Origin: Macrostomum hystrix
Taxonomy: Eukaryota > Animalia > Platyhelminthes
DNA length: 64,000 nucleotides
Assembly (NCBI GenBank): GCA_950097015.1
Contig: CATNEN010000001.1
Coordinates: 6,448,001 to 6,512,000 of the forward strand
Direction: 5' to 3'
Position numbers and translations under genes: made by a program. Of the stretch, positions 1 to 13,510 are shown one piece after another. The notes under the pieces are model-generated. The model saw only the letters and a program-made list of their open reading frames with translations, had not been told where the DNA came from and ran no database searches. Each line of letters begins with the position of its first letter. Position 1 is the stretch's first letter.

Positions 1-83
1 AGTAGATCACATGCAGTTTTGTAGCTTTTTATTACTTCAAACAAAAACTGAAAACTCTACAGGTTTAGCGATCTTTCACTCAC

Positions 84-3000
84 CTTGTGCTGCAAGTATT
101 TGACGAGAACAATGAGGGCAATCAGTAGCAGGACAGGCAGAACGCACAGAAGAACAATGCCGTACACTGGGAATGCCTGGCTTATAGCCGATGGTATCGT
201 TGAACCAACAACTGGACCAGCCGTGGTGCTGCCGCTTCCGTCGGATCCAGCGCCGACAAAGAGCAGGTCGAGGTTGCTGCCGTAGCCAGGCATGAGGGCT
301 CGCAGCAGCTCCTGAATTCTGGCTTCGCTGGCTCCCGGTGTCACAACAAGTTCGCCTCGCAGGCCAGTTAAACCGTCCGTGGTGCGATTTTCGAATCGAA
401 TTGATCGAAAGTCGCCAATTAGGGAGGCCAACTCGGTGGAGCTGCGCACCGTGCCGGTCAGGAGATAGTACGACTGGCTAGCCAGTAGCTGGGCTGCTGT
501 TCCATTCGGCGCCAAGCCCAGCTCTGCACTGAACATCAGCTTCGGCATGCGCCAGGTGATGAAGACCTGTCGAGTGGCTGGCAGAACCGGATCCTGACCG
601 ACAGGACACACGCAGCCGGCTGAACTGGCCTGTCTGCGTCTCCGCCTGACACTGGGACAACTGTACGACGGAAACGATCCAGAAATACTGATGGCCAATT
701 TGTAGCTGGTCGCTGCCGAGTCTGTACTCGCGGTTGGGTTGATCACAATGTAGCGAATGCTGATGGGGTAAGTGTTGATATCGGCACCGTCAACGCACAC
801 CTTTGTGCCCACGGCGGTTTTCGGATAGAAAATCTTGTAGAACGCGTTGTTTTCTATCTTTTCCCTCACGTCAGCCGTCACTTGAAGTATATTGCAGCCC
901 GAGCAGGTGTTCGAGACGCAAAGCTAAAGAACGCATATTAAAAAGTACCAGGTAATTAAATCTTCAAGGAGTTTATCAGGTCTATGATGGAAATTTTAAT
1001 CACTTGTATTAGTCTCACCCCTGTAATCTGCGGATAGCCGCGACAGATTGCTCCACTGGGACCAATTCGAGTGTCAATAACAATTTGAGTTAAGGTTCCC
1101 ACTGGTACTGTGAACACGGACGTACTTGCGTCGAATGTGTAGCCGGCCGTACTTAATTTGAAAGCATCCATGGTGAATACCTTTGACAGTGAGTCATCTG
1201 AGATGTTTACGAAAGCTAAAATTCAAACATCACAATTACGATAGAGTTACATTCCATCTTTTCAAAAATGAATTTTCTCATTAAAAATTTAGTACAAGTC
1301 AACCTGGTTGTGAAGTTGGTGCAACAGTATAAAAAGACGATGTTGATACCACCGTTGTTGGAGCAGCTGTCGTTGTTCGCAAAATCGTCGTTGTTGGTAC
1401 CACCGTTGTTGGAGCAGCGGTCGTTGTTGGTACCACCGTCGTTGGAGCAGCGGTTGTTGTTGTTACGACCGTTGTTGGAGCAGCGGTCGTTGTTGTTACA
1501 ATCGTCGTTGTTGGTACCACCGTCGTTGGAGCAGCGGTTGTTGTTGGTACAACCGTTGTTGGAGCAGCGGTTGTTGTTGGTAAAATCGCCGTTGTTGGTA
1601 CCACCGTCGTTGGAGCAGCGGTTGTTGTTGGTAAAATCGCCGTTGTTGGTACCACCGTCGTTGGAGCAGCGGTTGTTGTTGTTACGACCGTTGTTGGAGC
1701 AGCGGTCGTTGTTGGTTCGACCGTTGTTGGAGCAGCGGTTGTTGTTGGTAAAATCGCCGTTGTTGGTACTACCGTCGTTGGAGCAGCGGTTGTTGTTGTT
1801 ACGACCGTTGTCGGAGCAGCGGTTGTTGTTGGTAAAATCGCCGTTGTTGGTACCACCGTCGTTGGAGCAGCGGTTGTTGTTGTTACGACCGTTGTCGGAG
1901 CAGCGGTTGTTGTTGGTAAAATCGCCGTTGTTGGTACCACCGTCGTTGGAGCAGCGGTTGTTGTTGTTACGACCGTTGTCGGAGCAGCGGTTGTTGTTGG
2001 TAAAATCGCCGTTGTTGGTACCACCGTCGTTGGAGCAGCGGTTGTTGTTGGTAAAATCGCCGTTGTTGGTACCACCGTCGTTGGAGCAGCGGTTGTTGTT
2101 GGTAAAATCGCCGTTGTTGGTACCACCGTCGTTGGAGCAGCGGTTGTTGTTGTTACGACCGTTGTTGGAGCAGCGGTCGTTGTTGGTACAACGGTTGTTG
2201 GAGCAGCGGTTGTTGTTGGTACAACCGTTGTTGGAGCAGCGGTTGTTGTTGGTAAAATCGACGTTGCTGGTACCACCGTCGTTGGAGCAGCGGTCGTTGA
2301 TAATGCCATCGTTGTTGGTACCACCGTTGTTGGAGCAGCGGTCGTTGATAATGCCATCGATGTTGGAGCAGCGGTCGTTGTTGGTACCACAGTTGTTGGA
2401 GCAGCGGTCATTGATGATACCACCGTCGTTGGAGCAGCGGTCGTTGTTGTTACGACCGCTGTTGGAGCAGCGGTCGCTGTTGTTAAGACCGTTGTTGGAG
2501 CAGCGGCCGTTGTTGGTACAACTGTTGTTGGATCAGCGGCTTTTGTTGGTAAAATCGTCGTTGTTGGTACCACGGTTGTTTGCGCTGCAGTTGTTGGTAA
2601 AACCATTGTTGTTGCAGCAGTTGTTGGTGCAGCCATTGTTGGTGCAGCAGTCGTTGATGCAGCAGCTGTTGGTGTCGCAGTCATTGATGCAGCCGCTGTT
2701 GGTGGAGCTGTTGTACCAGTAGCAGCAGTTGTTGTTGCAGCTGTTATTTTCGAAAGAAAAATTCTTTAAGCAGTTCAAAAATGTTTTATAATAGTGAACT
2801 ATACTTAATGAAAGATATTGCTCAGAAATACTGCAAATTATTGAAAAATCAAGCATGGTGAGCCGTCTAAACTCTTTAAATCTGTGCAAAAAATTTTTTG
2901 TTGTGAATAAGAATGACACGCTGTTCGTGAAGTTAGTAGTGATATGAATTGAAAATATTCATTAAAATACCTCCGCTTGCCGTGCCAGCCGAGCTGGAAC

Positions 3001-5726
3001 CCCCAGGTATTGTTGCGGCAGTGCCGCCTGAAGCCCCACCAGGTGCCGTTGTGGCAGTACCACCAGCTCCACCTAGTGCTGTTGTGGCAGTACCTCCAGC
3101 TCCACCAGGTGCTGTTGTGGCGGTTCCTCCTCCAGCTCCACTAAGTGCTGTTGTGGCGTTTCCTCCTCCAGCTCCACTTGGTGCTGTTGTGGCAGTTCCT
3201 CCAGCTCCACCAGGTGCTGTTGTGGCGGTTCCTCCTCCAGCTCCACTAGGTGCTGTTGTGGCGTTTCCTCCTCCAGCTCCACTTGGTGCTGTTGTGGCAG
3301 TTCCTCCAGCTCCACCAGGTGCTGTTGTGGCGGTTCCTCCTCCAGCTCCACCAGGTGCTGTTGTGGCCGTACCTCCTCCAGCTCCACCTGGTGCTGTTGT
3401 GGCAGTACCTCCTCCAGCTCCACCTGGTGCTATTGTAGTCGTAACTCCTGCTCCACCTGGTGCTGTTGTGGCAGTTGCTCCAGCTACACCTGGTGCTGTT
3501 GTGGCAGTACCACCAGCTCCACTTGGTGCTGTTGTGGCAGTTCCTCCTCCAGCTCCACCTGGTGCTGTTGTGGCAGTACCTCCTCCAGCTCCACTAGGTG
3601 CTATTGTGGCAGTTCCTCCTCCAGCTCCACCTGGTGCTGTTGTGGCAGTACCTCCTCCATCTCCACCTGCTGCTGTTGTGGCAGTACCTCCTCCAGCTCC
3701 ACTTGGTGCTATTGTAGTCGTACCTCCGGCTCCACCAGGTGCTGTTGTGGCCGTAACTCCAGCTCCACCAGGTGCTGTTGTGGCGGTTCCTCCTCCAGCT
3801 CCACCAGGTGCTGTTGTGGCGGTTCCTCCTCCAGCTCCACCAGGTGCTGTTGTGGCAGTTCCTCCAGCTCCACCAGGTGCTGTTGTGGCGGTTCCTCCTC
3901 CAGCTCCACCAGGTGCTGTGGTGGCCGTAACTCCAGCTCCACTTGGTGCTGTTGTGGTAGTTCTTCCTCCAGATGCACCAGGTGCTGTTGTTGCGGTTCC
4001 TCCAGCTCCACTAGGTGCTGTTGCTGCGGTTCCTCCAGCTCCACCAGGTGCTGTTGCTGCGGTTCCTCCAGCTCCACTAGGTGCTGTTGCTGCGGTTCCT
4101 CCAGCTCCACCAGGTGCTGTTGTTGCAGTACCACCAGCTCCACCTGGTGCTGTTGTGGCAGTACCTCCAGCTCCACCAGGTGCTGTTGTGGCGGTTCCTC
4201 CTCCAGCTCCACCTGCTGCTGTTGTGGCAGTACCTCCAGCTCCACCTAGTGCTGTTGTGGCAGTTCCTCTAGCTCCACCTGGTGCTGTTGTGGTCGTTCC
4301 TCCAGCTACACCTGGTGCTGTTGTGGCAGTACTTCCAGCTCCACCAGGTGCTGTTGTGGCAGTTCTTCCTCCAGATGCACCAGGTGCTGTTGTTGCGGTT
4401 CCTCCAGCTCCACCAGGTGCTGTTGCTGCGGTTCCTCCAGCTCCACCAGGTGCTGTTGCTGCGGTTCCTCCAGCTCCACTAGGTGCTGTTGCTGCGGTTC
4501 CTCCAGCTCCACCAGGTGCTGTTGTTGCAGTACCACCAGCTCCACCTGGTGCTGTTGTGGCAGTACCTCCAGCTCCACCAAGTGCTGTTGTGGCGGTTCC
4601 TCCTGCAGCTCCACCTGGTGCTGTTGTGGCAGTACCTCCAGCTCCACCTAGTGCTGTTGTGGCAGTTCCTCTAGCTCCACCTGGTGCTGTTGTGGCAGTA
4701 CCACCAGCTCCACCAGGTGCTGTTGTGGCAGTACCACCAGCTCCACCAGGTGCTGTTGTGGCAGTACCTCCAGCTCCATCTGGTGCTGTTGTGGCAGTAC
4801 CTCCAGCTCCACCTGGTGCTGTTGTGGTGGTTCCTCCAGCTACACCTGGTGCTGTTGTGGCAGTACTTCCAGCTCCACCAGGTGCTGTTGTGGCAGTACC
4901 ACCAGCTCCACCAGGTGCTGTTGTGGCGGTTCCTCCTCCAGCTCCACCTGGTGCTGTTGTGGTGGTTCCTCCAGCTCCACCTGGTGCTGTTGTGGCAGCT
5001 CCTCCTCCAGCTCCACCAGGTGCTGTTGTTGCGGTTCCTTCAGCTCCACTAGGTGCTGTTGCTGTGGTTCCTCCAGCTCCACCAGGTGCTGTTGCTGCGG
5101 TTCCTCCAGCTCCACCAGTGCCAATGGTACCTAAACCAGTCGCAGCTGTTGCGCTAGGTCCTGATCCTTTTGTGTTATTGTGTTATGTAGGTTATGTAGT
5201 GGCTCTACGTGTGCACTGACTAATGGGGTACACGTGGGATTGATGAATTATTTTTTTAGTAAAATATTAAATTTGTGATTACTAATAAGGACAAAGGTAA
5301 ACTAAATAGCAATCTGGGTTGTTATGGGTGATATTGTGTAAGGTAGCCAAGTGTCGTACCCAAATTATTCAAAGTTGCAAATTACGAAGTGATAACTTAC
5401 CTGTGACACCGGTGCCACCAGGCGCAATTGTGGGAGACCCACCTGTTCCCGCTGTACCACCTCCAAACAGGGTTGTATGCGTCCACTGCGGTGTGCTCAT
5501 GAACGTTGTCGGACGGCTTGTTGTCAAATAAACTGAGGTTGATGGCTGGCAAATGCAAGAGCTATTAACTCCCGGTACCACCTGGCCATTCGCACCTGTA
5601 TTTCAAATATAGTTATTGCACTTAAACTCAAGGATTTTCAAGCATTATAATAATTATTAACTCACCGTTCTGCTTTGAAATCAAAACAATTGTTAATGCC
5701 AACAGCTTCAATAGTTTGCAGTTCAT
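84..5726 (-). CDS. Type-I transmembrane mucin-like protein (signal peptide, Gly-rich GGAGGTATTAP repeats, PTS repeats, Cys-containing juxtamembrane region with RRRRR furin-type site, TM helix); 3' end probably outside window
   Basis: Phase-consistent GT-AG exons 5726-5666, 5595-5401, 5166-2971, 2740-1304, 1215-1019, 923-84 (4926 nt, 1642 codons). N-terminus MNCKLLKLLALTIVLISKQNG; TM VYGIVLLCVLPVLLLIALIVLV followed by KYLQHK and a gtgagt donor at 83. Confidence 0.88.
1304..2740 (-). repeat. Coding tandem repeat encoding TTTAAPTTVVPT(TAILP) PTS mucin units
   Basis: ORF 1299..2684 translation; splice sites at both ends. Confidence 0.9.
2971..5166 (-). repeat. Coding tandem repeat, 33/36-bp units encoding GGAGG(G)TATTAP (about 60 copies)
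   Basis: Plus-strand unit cctccagctccaccaggtgctgttgtggcagta; open minus frame flanked by splice sites. The ORF track misses this frame because it has no start codon. Confidence 0.9.
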
Positions 5727-6289
5727 GACTTGATTTTAGTTTAGTACATTTTTATTTCGACGCATGAAATCAAGCTAATTGTGAAAGAAGCTGAACTGTA
5801 TTTTACTACGAGACACAATATAATTCATATTTCAAGATTGCACGACCCGCCCTACCATGGGGACACCCACAGCCCCACCCACTCATTCTCAACCCCCTCA
5901 TAGCAATGCGCCAAATCCTAGGCGATGCACCTATCAGCAGTCAGTAGTGCTGCTTAACTGTGTTCTTTACACACTGTCTCGAGTCTCTGTCTTTCGGTAA
6001 TTCATCTGCGAGTGCATATTCTCTCGCGTGCAGCATTCACAGAAGCCTGTAAAAGCTTCTCTATTTGCAAAAATGTGTGCTTCTCATGAACGCTAGCGAG
6101 CATGTTGTGTATAGCTTGGTGTATGGCAGTTGAGAAAGCAAGCAAAGTTAAATAAATTCGTGACTAGTATGAGTAGGGCACACGTCACCTGGAATTTTTG
6201 TTGGGCGTGTCAAATATCTGCGCGATAAAATGCAACATAGACAGGAAATAAAGGGATAAGTTTTTTTCGCTTCAAAGACTTTCTGTTTT

Positions 6290-6400
6290 ACGACTTTCAT
6301 TTCGACTTTGAATTCGACGAATTCGCTTCGACGACGTTTCGATTCGACAACATTCCCTTCGACGACTTCGAATCGACGAATTTCGTTTCAGCGACTCTGT
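6290..6400. repeat. Short degenerate cluster of TTCGAC/TTCGA motifs (possible MITE remnant)
   Basis: About ten ttcga(c) motifs in 110 bp of otherwise AT-rich intergenic DNA. Confidence 0.4.
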
Positions 6401-7521
6401 TGGAGTATTCTGTAACTTTTTAAGACACTTACATCTGAATTCGAAGATGAAATGTCACATCATTGAATACAATCGAAATGGTAAATAAAAATCTTGTTCA
6501 ACCTGTCAGTTAAAATTTGTTAAAGTGCGTTGAAAATTTTCATGTAAAAGTGAGTAAAAGAAGAGCGAGTAGCTTTTTCGTTTCATATCGACTCCAATTT
6601 GTTTACGTTCATGCAGTATTTCAAGTAGTATGAAAATAGACTTTATGCTCATGCACAGAGTGAGTGCAAGACAAAGCATTTTCTCACTGCAAAAAGAATT
6701 ATAAAGCACTCTGACAGCGGGAGACTAAATAGCTCGTATGTATATCTTTCAACTTCATCTTTCTCTTCGCTTCTAACAGTAATTGTTTCGCTTCTGTGAA
6801 TATTACCTGTAGCCCGCTATAAGCGAGCTCAGCCGCAGGTCAAACAAGTTTTCATAGGGCTGGCCCTAAAGTGTCAGTGGAATTATACTAAAGTACCTGC
6901 TCTGCTTTCGAGTCTCTCTCTTTCTCGATCTCAATATCAAATTTAGTGAAGACTCAATGTATAGTTTTTTTCCAAATTCGGTTCTATATACTGTGTAGTA
7001 CTCAGAGAGGTGTCTTCAGTTCAATTTTGCTGGTTGGCAAACAATTAGCAGCGTGAGACCATTGAGTTTGCTACAATTATTTGCAGACATATAATGGAGA
7101 AATTCTCTCGTCTGTCTATTTTCGGGTCGTTTCAATAGTCTACTGTATGAGAGCTCCATAGTTGAGAGAATGAAAACATTGTTATGTACGGCTACATCCT
7201 TTAGCGCATCATGTATATTTAGATTTCTTTCTCGTAAATAAAAGTAACAAAATTTACGATAAAACACAATATGACGTCCATGTGCCTAAAGCAACTAAAA
7301 GTGCAACAAATACTAGGTGTTGTTGATAAGACATTGGCCAGCAAAATTCAACAGATTTTTCTTTATTAATAATATTTGATTCTGAGATCAACTCTCCTGT
7401 TGTATAATACAATTTTCTACATAAAACGCTAACTAACTACTAAAAGTAGAGTGGCAATGCAGAAAAAATGGCTGTCGCAAAATCAGCCTGAAGAATTGAA
7501 GCAACCATTTTGAACAGAAGA

Positions 7522-10500
7522 TCAGGACTTGCTGACGATGTAGCTACTGCCAGAGCGCATCCTGCTTGATCGTCTGGACGATGTCGTTGGCGCCGCTTCC
7601 ACTCGCTGGTGTTGTCGTCGGCTCAGAGTTTGCGGCGAACGTGACTTTGACTGCTATATGTTTTAAATAAATAATTTTCGTGTTATAAATAAATAAAGAA
7701 ACCTCCTAGCCAAGAAGTCTGGAGTTAAAATCACATCCCATGGGAAAATTATTTGCAAAACAAGTGATTCAGTTAATTACTGGTTGCTTGAGCTCAGGCA
7801 AGTTCTAGCCTTATGGTTTGAACTCAGGACTCAGGACTTGAAGGTCAGGGGTTCGATTCCTGATTACACTCGAACAATGTGTGCCGTGTCAAATTTCGGG
7901 TATGTTCTCCCAGTCTATGGACTGAACAGCCGTACGATTGGCACGATTGGGTTGTTCTATTTTATTTAACAGCATCTTAGAAAATTAAAACGACCAAAGA
8001 AACCTTTTCAGTAGACTTCTCCTTTCTGGAGCTTGATCGGTCTCTAGTAGGCGATCTGTCAATCAAATTTCGTCGCTCCAAATCGGCTAGCGATTGTCTC
8101 AGCGCAGCCACCGTGGCCTCATGCTTGACAACGGCGTCCGTCGCTCTGTGATTGGTTGGCGGGGATCCATCTCTGAACTGAACTGGCGACCAATCGTGTG
8201 GCGAGCTGCTATCACTGAGGTGTGGATATAAATCGAAAGCAGAACAGTTCTTTAGCTGGGAAAATTTACATCTCTTTGCATTTTGTGTATCCAAAAATTT
8301 CCTCACCTTCTCATTCGACTTCGGTGCGCGAAACCCTCGCCAAGTTTAGCTCTGAGTCGAAAATTTTCAGTCAGTAACTCGTCAACTCGACCAGTGACTT
8401 CAGCCAGGCGAGAGCGCAGCCGGTCGTTCTCCCGCCTACTATCGCCCAGCTGTTTGGCCATCTCTGACAGCTGACCATGCAGCTGCACTGTCCGCCATTC
8501 GCTATCATTCTCGACGTTGCTACTTCGCTTATTTTTGTCGTATCTTGAATATTAATTAGTTTCAAGGATGTAGGCACACTGGAACTGATGGGTTCAGGGG
8601 CCTAGCCAGGGCGAGGGCAAGAGTGGCACAACCATTCGGATCGGCAGATAAATCTTATGTGGCGCTCCCTGGTAGCGGTATCTCCTGATAGTGGCGCCCC
8701 CTGGTAGTGGCGCCCATGTGTGTTGTGGCGCCCCGTGGTAGTGGCGCCGCGGGTAGTGTCGTCCCTCTGTTAGTGGCGTAGTGACGCCCTCATGGTAGTG
8801 GCGCCCCCCTGTGGTAGTGGCGCCCGCCCCCGTGGTAGTGACACCCTCATGGTAGTGGCGCCCCGAGTCTAGTAGCACTCCCTGGTAGTGGCGCCCCCGT
8901 GTCTAGTAGCACTCCCTGGTATTGGCGCCCCCGTGTCTAGTAGCACTCTATGGTAGTGGCGCCCCCGTGTCTAGTAGCACTCTATGGTAGTGGCGCCCCC
9001 GTGTCTAGTAGCACTCTATGGTAGTGGCGCCCCCGTGTCTAGTAGCACTCCCTGGTAGTGGCGCCCCCGTGTCTAGTAGCACTCCCTGGTAGTGGCGCAC
9101 CATGTCTAGTAGCACTCCCTGGTAGTGGCGCACCATGTCTAGTAGCACTCCCTGGTAGTGGCGACCGGTGTCTAGTAGCACTCCCTGGTAGTGGCGACCC
9201 GTGTCTAGTAGCACTCTCTGGTAGTGGCGCCCCCGTGTCTAGTAGCACTCCCTGGTAGTGTCGACCCGTGTCTAGTAGCACTCTCTGGTAGTGGCGCCCC
9301 CAGGGTAATGGCGCCCCCCAGAGGCGTGGCCCACCTAGAAAAATCCTGGCAACGCCACTACCTGGGTTCACATCATGGAAACAAACTCTATGCCTTGCGG
9401 GTGTACTTCCTAAATTGCACGACAAATCCCAGGCCTTCTCTACGTGCCTGTGAGAGAGTGATCGTACCTCTGGTCAGTCGCTTGATGTTCAATGTGCTGC
9501 TGCTGTTCCTCTCGAATGCGTTGAATTTTCTGGGCAATTTTCAGCGAGTCCTCTGGTATTCGAATTGTTTCAGGACAGTTCTTGGACCGCAATGGGTTTT
9601 CCGAGGCGACTACCTGTGATGATGATTGCAGGCGGGTTACTTGTTCACAGCGCTAATATTTTGCATTCCGCGATAACGATTTGTAAACGAAAGTTACGAG
9701 TATTTATAGAAATGTAAATTCTTACCGTACGAGTTGGCGGTTCAATTCGATTTCCAATCGTCTTTGCTGACCTAGCCTCGAATTTAGCTGCATTATTTTA
9801 AAAAGAAGAATTTTTTATCTATTGACTGTCTGTAAAGTACGTGCAGTTTTCTTCTAGTATTTACCATGCCTTGTTGGAATACTGGCGCCTCCAGCGGCTT
9901 CATTCGTCAACCTGCTGTGATTGGCTAGACGTTTGTCCAGTAAAAATCGTTCTTCAGACAGTTCTCGTCTCACTCTAGTGCGCAACTGTTCCAACTCGTC
10001 GCGATGCTGAGCCGATTGGCGGGCTACCATGGCTGCCTGTTGTGACTCAAGCAGTTGAAACAGGCGTGACCATTGTTCCTATATGAGGTGCAGAGTCTGA
10101 CTAAGTCCAGTGCCTGACAAAACTCCACAAATTTCCCTACTGATGTAGCGCCTGTGATCAGATTCGGGACGCTCCCATAGATTCGGGGCACTCCCATAGA
10201 TTCGGGGCGCTCCCATAGATTCGGGGCGCTCCCATAGATTCGGGGCACTCCCATAGATTCGGGGCGCTCCCATAGATTCGGGGCACTCCCATAGATTCGG
10301 GGCACTCCCATAGATTCGGGGCGCTCCCATAGATTCGGGGCGCTCCCATAGATTCGGTGCAATCCCATAGATTCGGTGCAATCCCATAGATTCGGTGCAA
10401 TCCCATATATTCGGTGCACTCCCATAGATTCGGTGCAATCCCATATATTCGGTGCACTCCCATAGATTCGGGGCGCTCCCATAGATTCAGGGCGCTCCCA

Positions 10501-11832
10501 TAGATTCGGGGCACTCCCATAGATTCGGGGCGCTCCCATAGATTCGGGGCGCTCCCATAGATTCGGGGCGCTCCCATAGATTCGGTGCAATCCCATAGAT
10601 TCGGTGCACTCCCATAGATTCGGTGCAATCCCATAGATTTGGTGCAATCTCATAGATTCGGTGCAATCCCATAGATTCGGTGCAATTCCATAGATTCGGT
10701 GCAATCCCATAGATTCGGTGCAATCCCATATATTCGGTGCACTCCCATAGATTCGGTGCAATCCCATATATTCGGTGCACTCCCATAGATTCGGGGCGCT
10801 CCCATAGATTCAGGGCGCTCCCATAGATTCGGGGCACTCCCATAGATTCGGGGCGCTCCCATAGATTCGGGGCGCTCCCATAGATTCGGGGCGCTCCCAT
10901 AGATTCGGTGCAATCCCATATATTCGGTGCACTCCCATTGATTCGGTGCAATCCCATTGATTCGGTGCAATCCCATAGATTCGGTGCAATCCCATAGATT
11001 CGGTGCACTCCCATAGATTCGGTGCAATCCCATAGATTCGGTGCAATCCCATATATTCGGTGCACTCCCATAGATTCGGGGAAATCCCATGCATTCGGTG
11101 CGCTCCCATAGATTCGTGGTGCTGCCCTGCGCTGCTCCTATGCCTAATACCTAGCTCTTTGCATGCCCTCTAACTATTCTGTCTTACTATTGACTTGATC
11201 TCAAAGGCACTTCTTTGAGCTTTTGTTAGCCTTCTAGAAGTTGATAAAATTTGTCAAAGAATAAAATAATAATAACAAACCTGCTGCTTATTTGGAGGCA
11301 ACAGTTTGAAACTAGCCTGCATCGATGGATACTTTGCGAACAGTTCGTCCAGTGACGCCTGATGATTCCGCTGTTGTTGCCGTAGAGATACATCGGCAGG
11401 GGCTGCGGCTTTGGCTGGCTGCTGAGCAGTGCTATGATGCGTAGCTGGTTGAGGCTGAGTCCGTGCAAGTGCAGGTGTTTCTACTCGACCAGCAAGTGCC
11501 GAAGCAGGTCTTTTCGGTAGCGGTTGGAACTCGACAGCCCTTGACATCAGTGTCAATTCGTCGTCGGACTGACAAGCGTTAGCCTCAGCGGCGACTGCTT
11601 CAGCCGCTTTGCTGCGAAATTCCCTGCCGCGCTCAACAGCCATGCGAGCTCGTTGGAGAGCAGGTGACACGCGACCACCGCTGCTGTGACTTGAGCTGCC
11701 GGTACTCACTTCTCGATAGGCTGATGGTGGCAGGCGTTGCGATTTCGGTGTTGCTAAATTATTGCTGCTATGTTTCAGTAATTGCGTCTCATTTTCTTGC
11801 TGCTGCAATTGACACTCTGTTTTGTCTGCCAT
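7522..11832 (-). CDS. Uncharacterised coiled-coil/low-complexity protein, 7 exons (~516 aa)
   Basis: Exons 11832-11281, 10036-9865, 9787-9726, 9652-9468, 8543-8307, 8214-8004, 7653-7522 are all GT-AG and phase-consistent (1551 nt, ends TGA). Heptad-like segments QLSEMAKQLGDSRRENDRLRSRLAEVTGRVDELLTENFRL and HRDELEQLRTRVRRELSEE. Confidence 0.75.
7790..7950 (+). mobile_element. Degenerate, internally deleted copy of tRNA-derived SINE family A
   Basis: tagccttatgg A-box, ggggttcgattcc B-box, and ccagtctatggactgaacagccgtacg shared with copies at 13.2 kb and 45.7 kb. Confidence 0.7.
8595..9360. mobile_element. hAT-like MITE carrying an internal 31-32-bp minisatellite (gtgtctagtagcactccctggtagtggcgcccc)
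   Basis: Imperfect TIRs caggggcctagccagg / cctggcaacgccacta; flanks gatgggtt and cctgggtt match at 6 of 8 positions (8-bp TSD); intronic. Confidence 0.65.
10158..11115. repeat. Intronic 19-bp minisatellite (tcccatagattcggggcgc / tcccatagattcggtgcaa), about 50 copies
   Basis: Direct reading; two unit variants arranged in blocks. Confidence 0.95.
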
Positions 11833-12829
11833 TACGTATATGCGTACGAATAGTGTTTTGTATCGCCTATCTTGTGCGTCTTACAGAGCGTCTTACAGAT
11901 CTCTGTACGCTATTATTCCCGCTCAGTGACTGGCAGGTGTGAAGAGTGAGCTCAATTGCTATCCAACAGCGAAGTGCTGCTGCGATGCAGAAATTAAAAT
12001 AAATAGAAAAAGTAGAGACAGTATAAATTCCGCTATAACTCTGGTCGCAAGGTTGAATTCTTAACGACGAAAAAGCGAAAAGTGGTTCGCGCGTCGACTA
12101 AATCGAGCCGCATGTTTTATATACTTGGTCACGAATCTTTTTTATGTGATGTCTCTTCCTCGTATATAAGCAAAGTAAAACTTTCATTAATATTGAGATG
12201 CCATGTATGCATAGTGGGAAGCACAAGGTAAAAAATAAATTGCATGACTGGGTCAGGTCGCTTGTAATGTTTGAGTTAACGCTGTACAGGTTATGCCCTT
12301 TCAGTTTGCTTGAGCATATACTTGAGCTAACAAGCGCTATTGCTTACTGAGGCTACCGCAAATTTGCGGACCGTTTGGTAAATAAGCAGTGAGTGCTGCG
12401 CAGTGATCCTAGCTGTGTTGCATCATGGTCAAAACTCTATGCACATTGGGTCAACATGAAATACAAGCTTTTAATTTTCATTTCTTACATTGTATAGTCA
12501 TGCGATGGATTATAGATTTGCGTGGCCTAAGTATGTGTTTGACTGTTTGACTTCTGAAAAATTACGACCCTCTCTTAAACTACCTTTTGGTAAAACCGTC
12601 TTTGCATGCTGCTTAAAGGCAGTCTCATGCCCATAATAATTTATGCTTGTACAGCACTGACTAAAACGATAAAAACTTCGACTTAAATAAATTAATTTGG
12701 ACACGAGTATAATGCAAAGAAGCTTGTTATTCATAGTAGGCGAAATTACGGAGTTGAAATCCCAGAGCCGAAATGGTCAGGCCTGATTCTTCCTTTCGGA
12801 GACGATGGGGCAGCGCAAGTTCCAGGGCG

Positions 12830-13040
12830 TATCAGTGTCCCCGTGCAGCACCTCTGTCTTGCGCGCGTTAACTATCAGCCCCACCCGGGCGCCCTCCTCA
12901 CCGGGAAAGAGCGCGTTGGGCATGAGCTGGGGCTATGACAGAGGAGCGCGAGATGTCGTCGGCATACGCGAGAGCAGGCAGCGGAACAGAAGGGTGTCGG
13001 GATCCTTCGGATGGGACCACATCTAGCTGTCGTCCTCTTG
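12830..13040 (-). mobile_element. Decayed non-LTR retrotransposon reverse transcriptase fragment
   Basis: LPALAYADDI (YADD catalytic motif), then AQRALSR and, past frameshifts/stop, VGLIVNARKTEVL, typical of LINE RT domains 5-7. Confidence 0.75.
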
Positions 13041-13223
13041 AATGGAGCGGCACAGCCATATCCAAGTTTGGAGACATCCAAGTTTTAAGTATTAGTATTA
13101 CTAATACTATACCATATAGCTGCATGGCTATTGTTTGTTGTTCGCGGAAAGCGTATGCTACGACACAAGAGCGCCCTCTGACATACCACTTCCAATGATA
13201 TTGTATAGTTGGCAGCGATTAAA

Positions 13224-13510
13224 GAGGTATAGCCTTGTGGTTAGATCGTCGGACTTACGATTTGAGTGTCGGGGGTTCGATTCCCGACTACACTGGAACA
13301 ATTTGTGTCCTTTAGCAAGACACTTAACTCTGCATTGTTCAATGGGTACATGCTTTAGCTGGAATAATTAAAGGTGGATATGACGTCCCCCAAGTCTATG
13401 GACTGAACAGCTGTACGCAGCCTTCAGATGCGCCGCGCAATGGCTGGGGCTGTACTGCGGCTGATTATCTGGCCCTGCAATTGGGATAGGTGTAATCAAT
13501 GCTGATATAA
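13224..13510 (+). mobile_element. tRNA-derived CORE-type SINE (family A)
   Basis: tRNA-like head (tagccttgtggttag...ggggttcgattccc) followed by tgtgtcctttagcaagacacttaactc, which resembles the CORE/MIR central domain; shared 3' end aggtgtaatcaatg. Confidence 0.8.

Noticed and set aside
1268-5219. Long plus-strand ORFs 1268..2722 (Leu-rich) and 2949..5219 (Pro/Ala/Val-rich)
   Set aside because: Antisense shadows of the mucin repeats. Only the minus frame has in-phase splice sites, a signal peptide and a TM helix.
10024-11109. Multiple overlapping ORFs in the 19-bp array, and similar ORFs at 8594-9425, 19849-20296 and 25451-25664
   Set aside because: Artefacts of stop-poor tandem repeats.
13224-13295. 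Possible tRNA genes (also ~7800, ~45745, ~62080)
   Set aside because: A/B boxes are present but the cloverleaf stems are imperfect. Three run straight into shared SINE bodies, and the ~62080 one is too degenerate to call.
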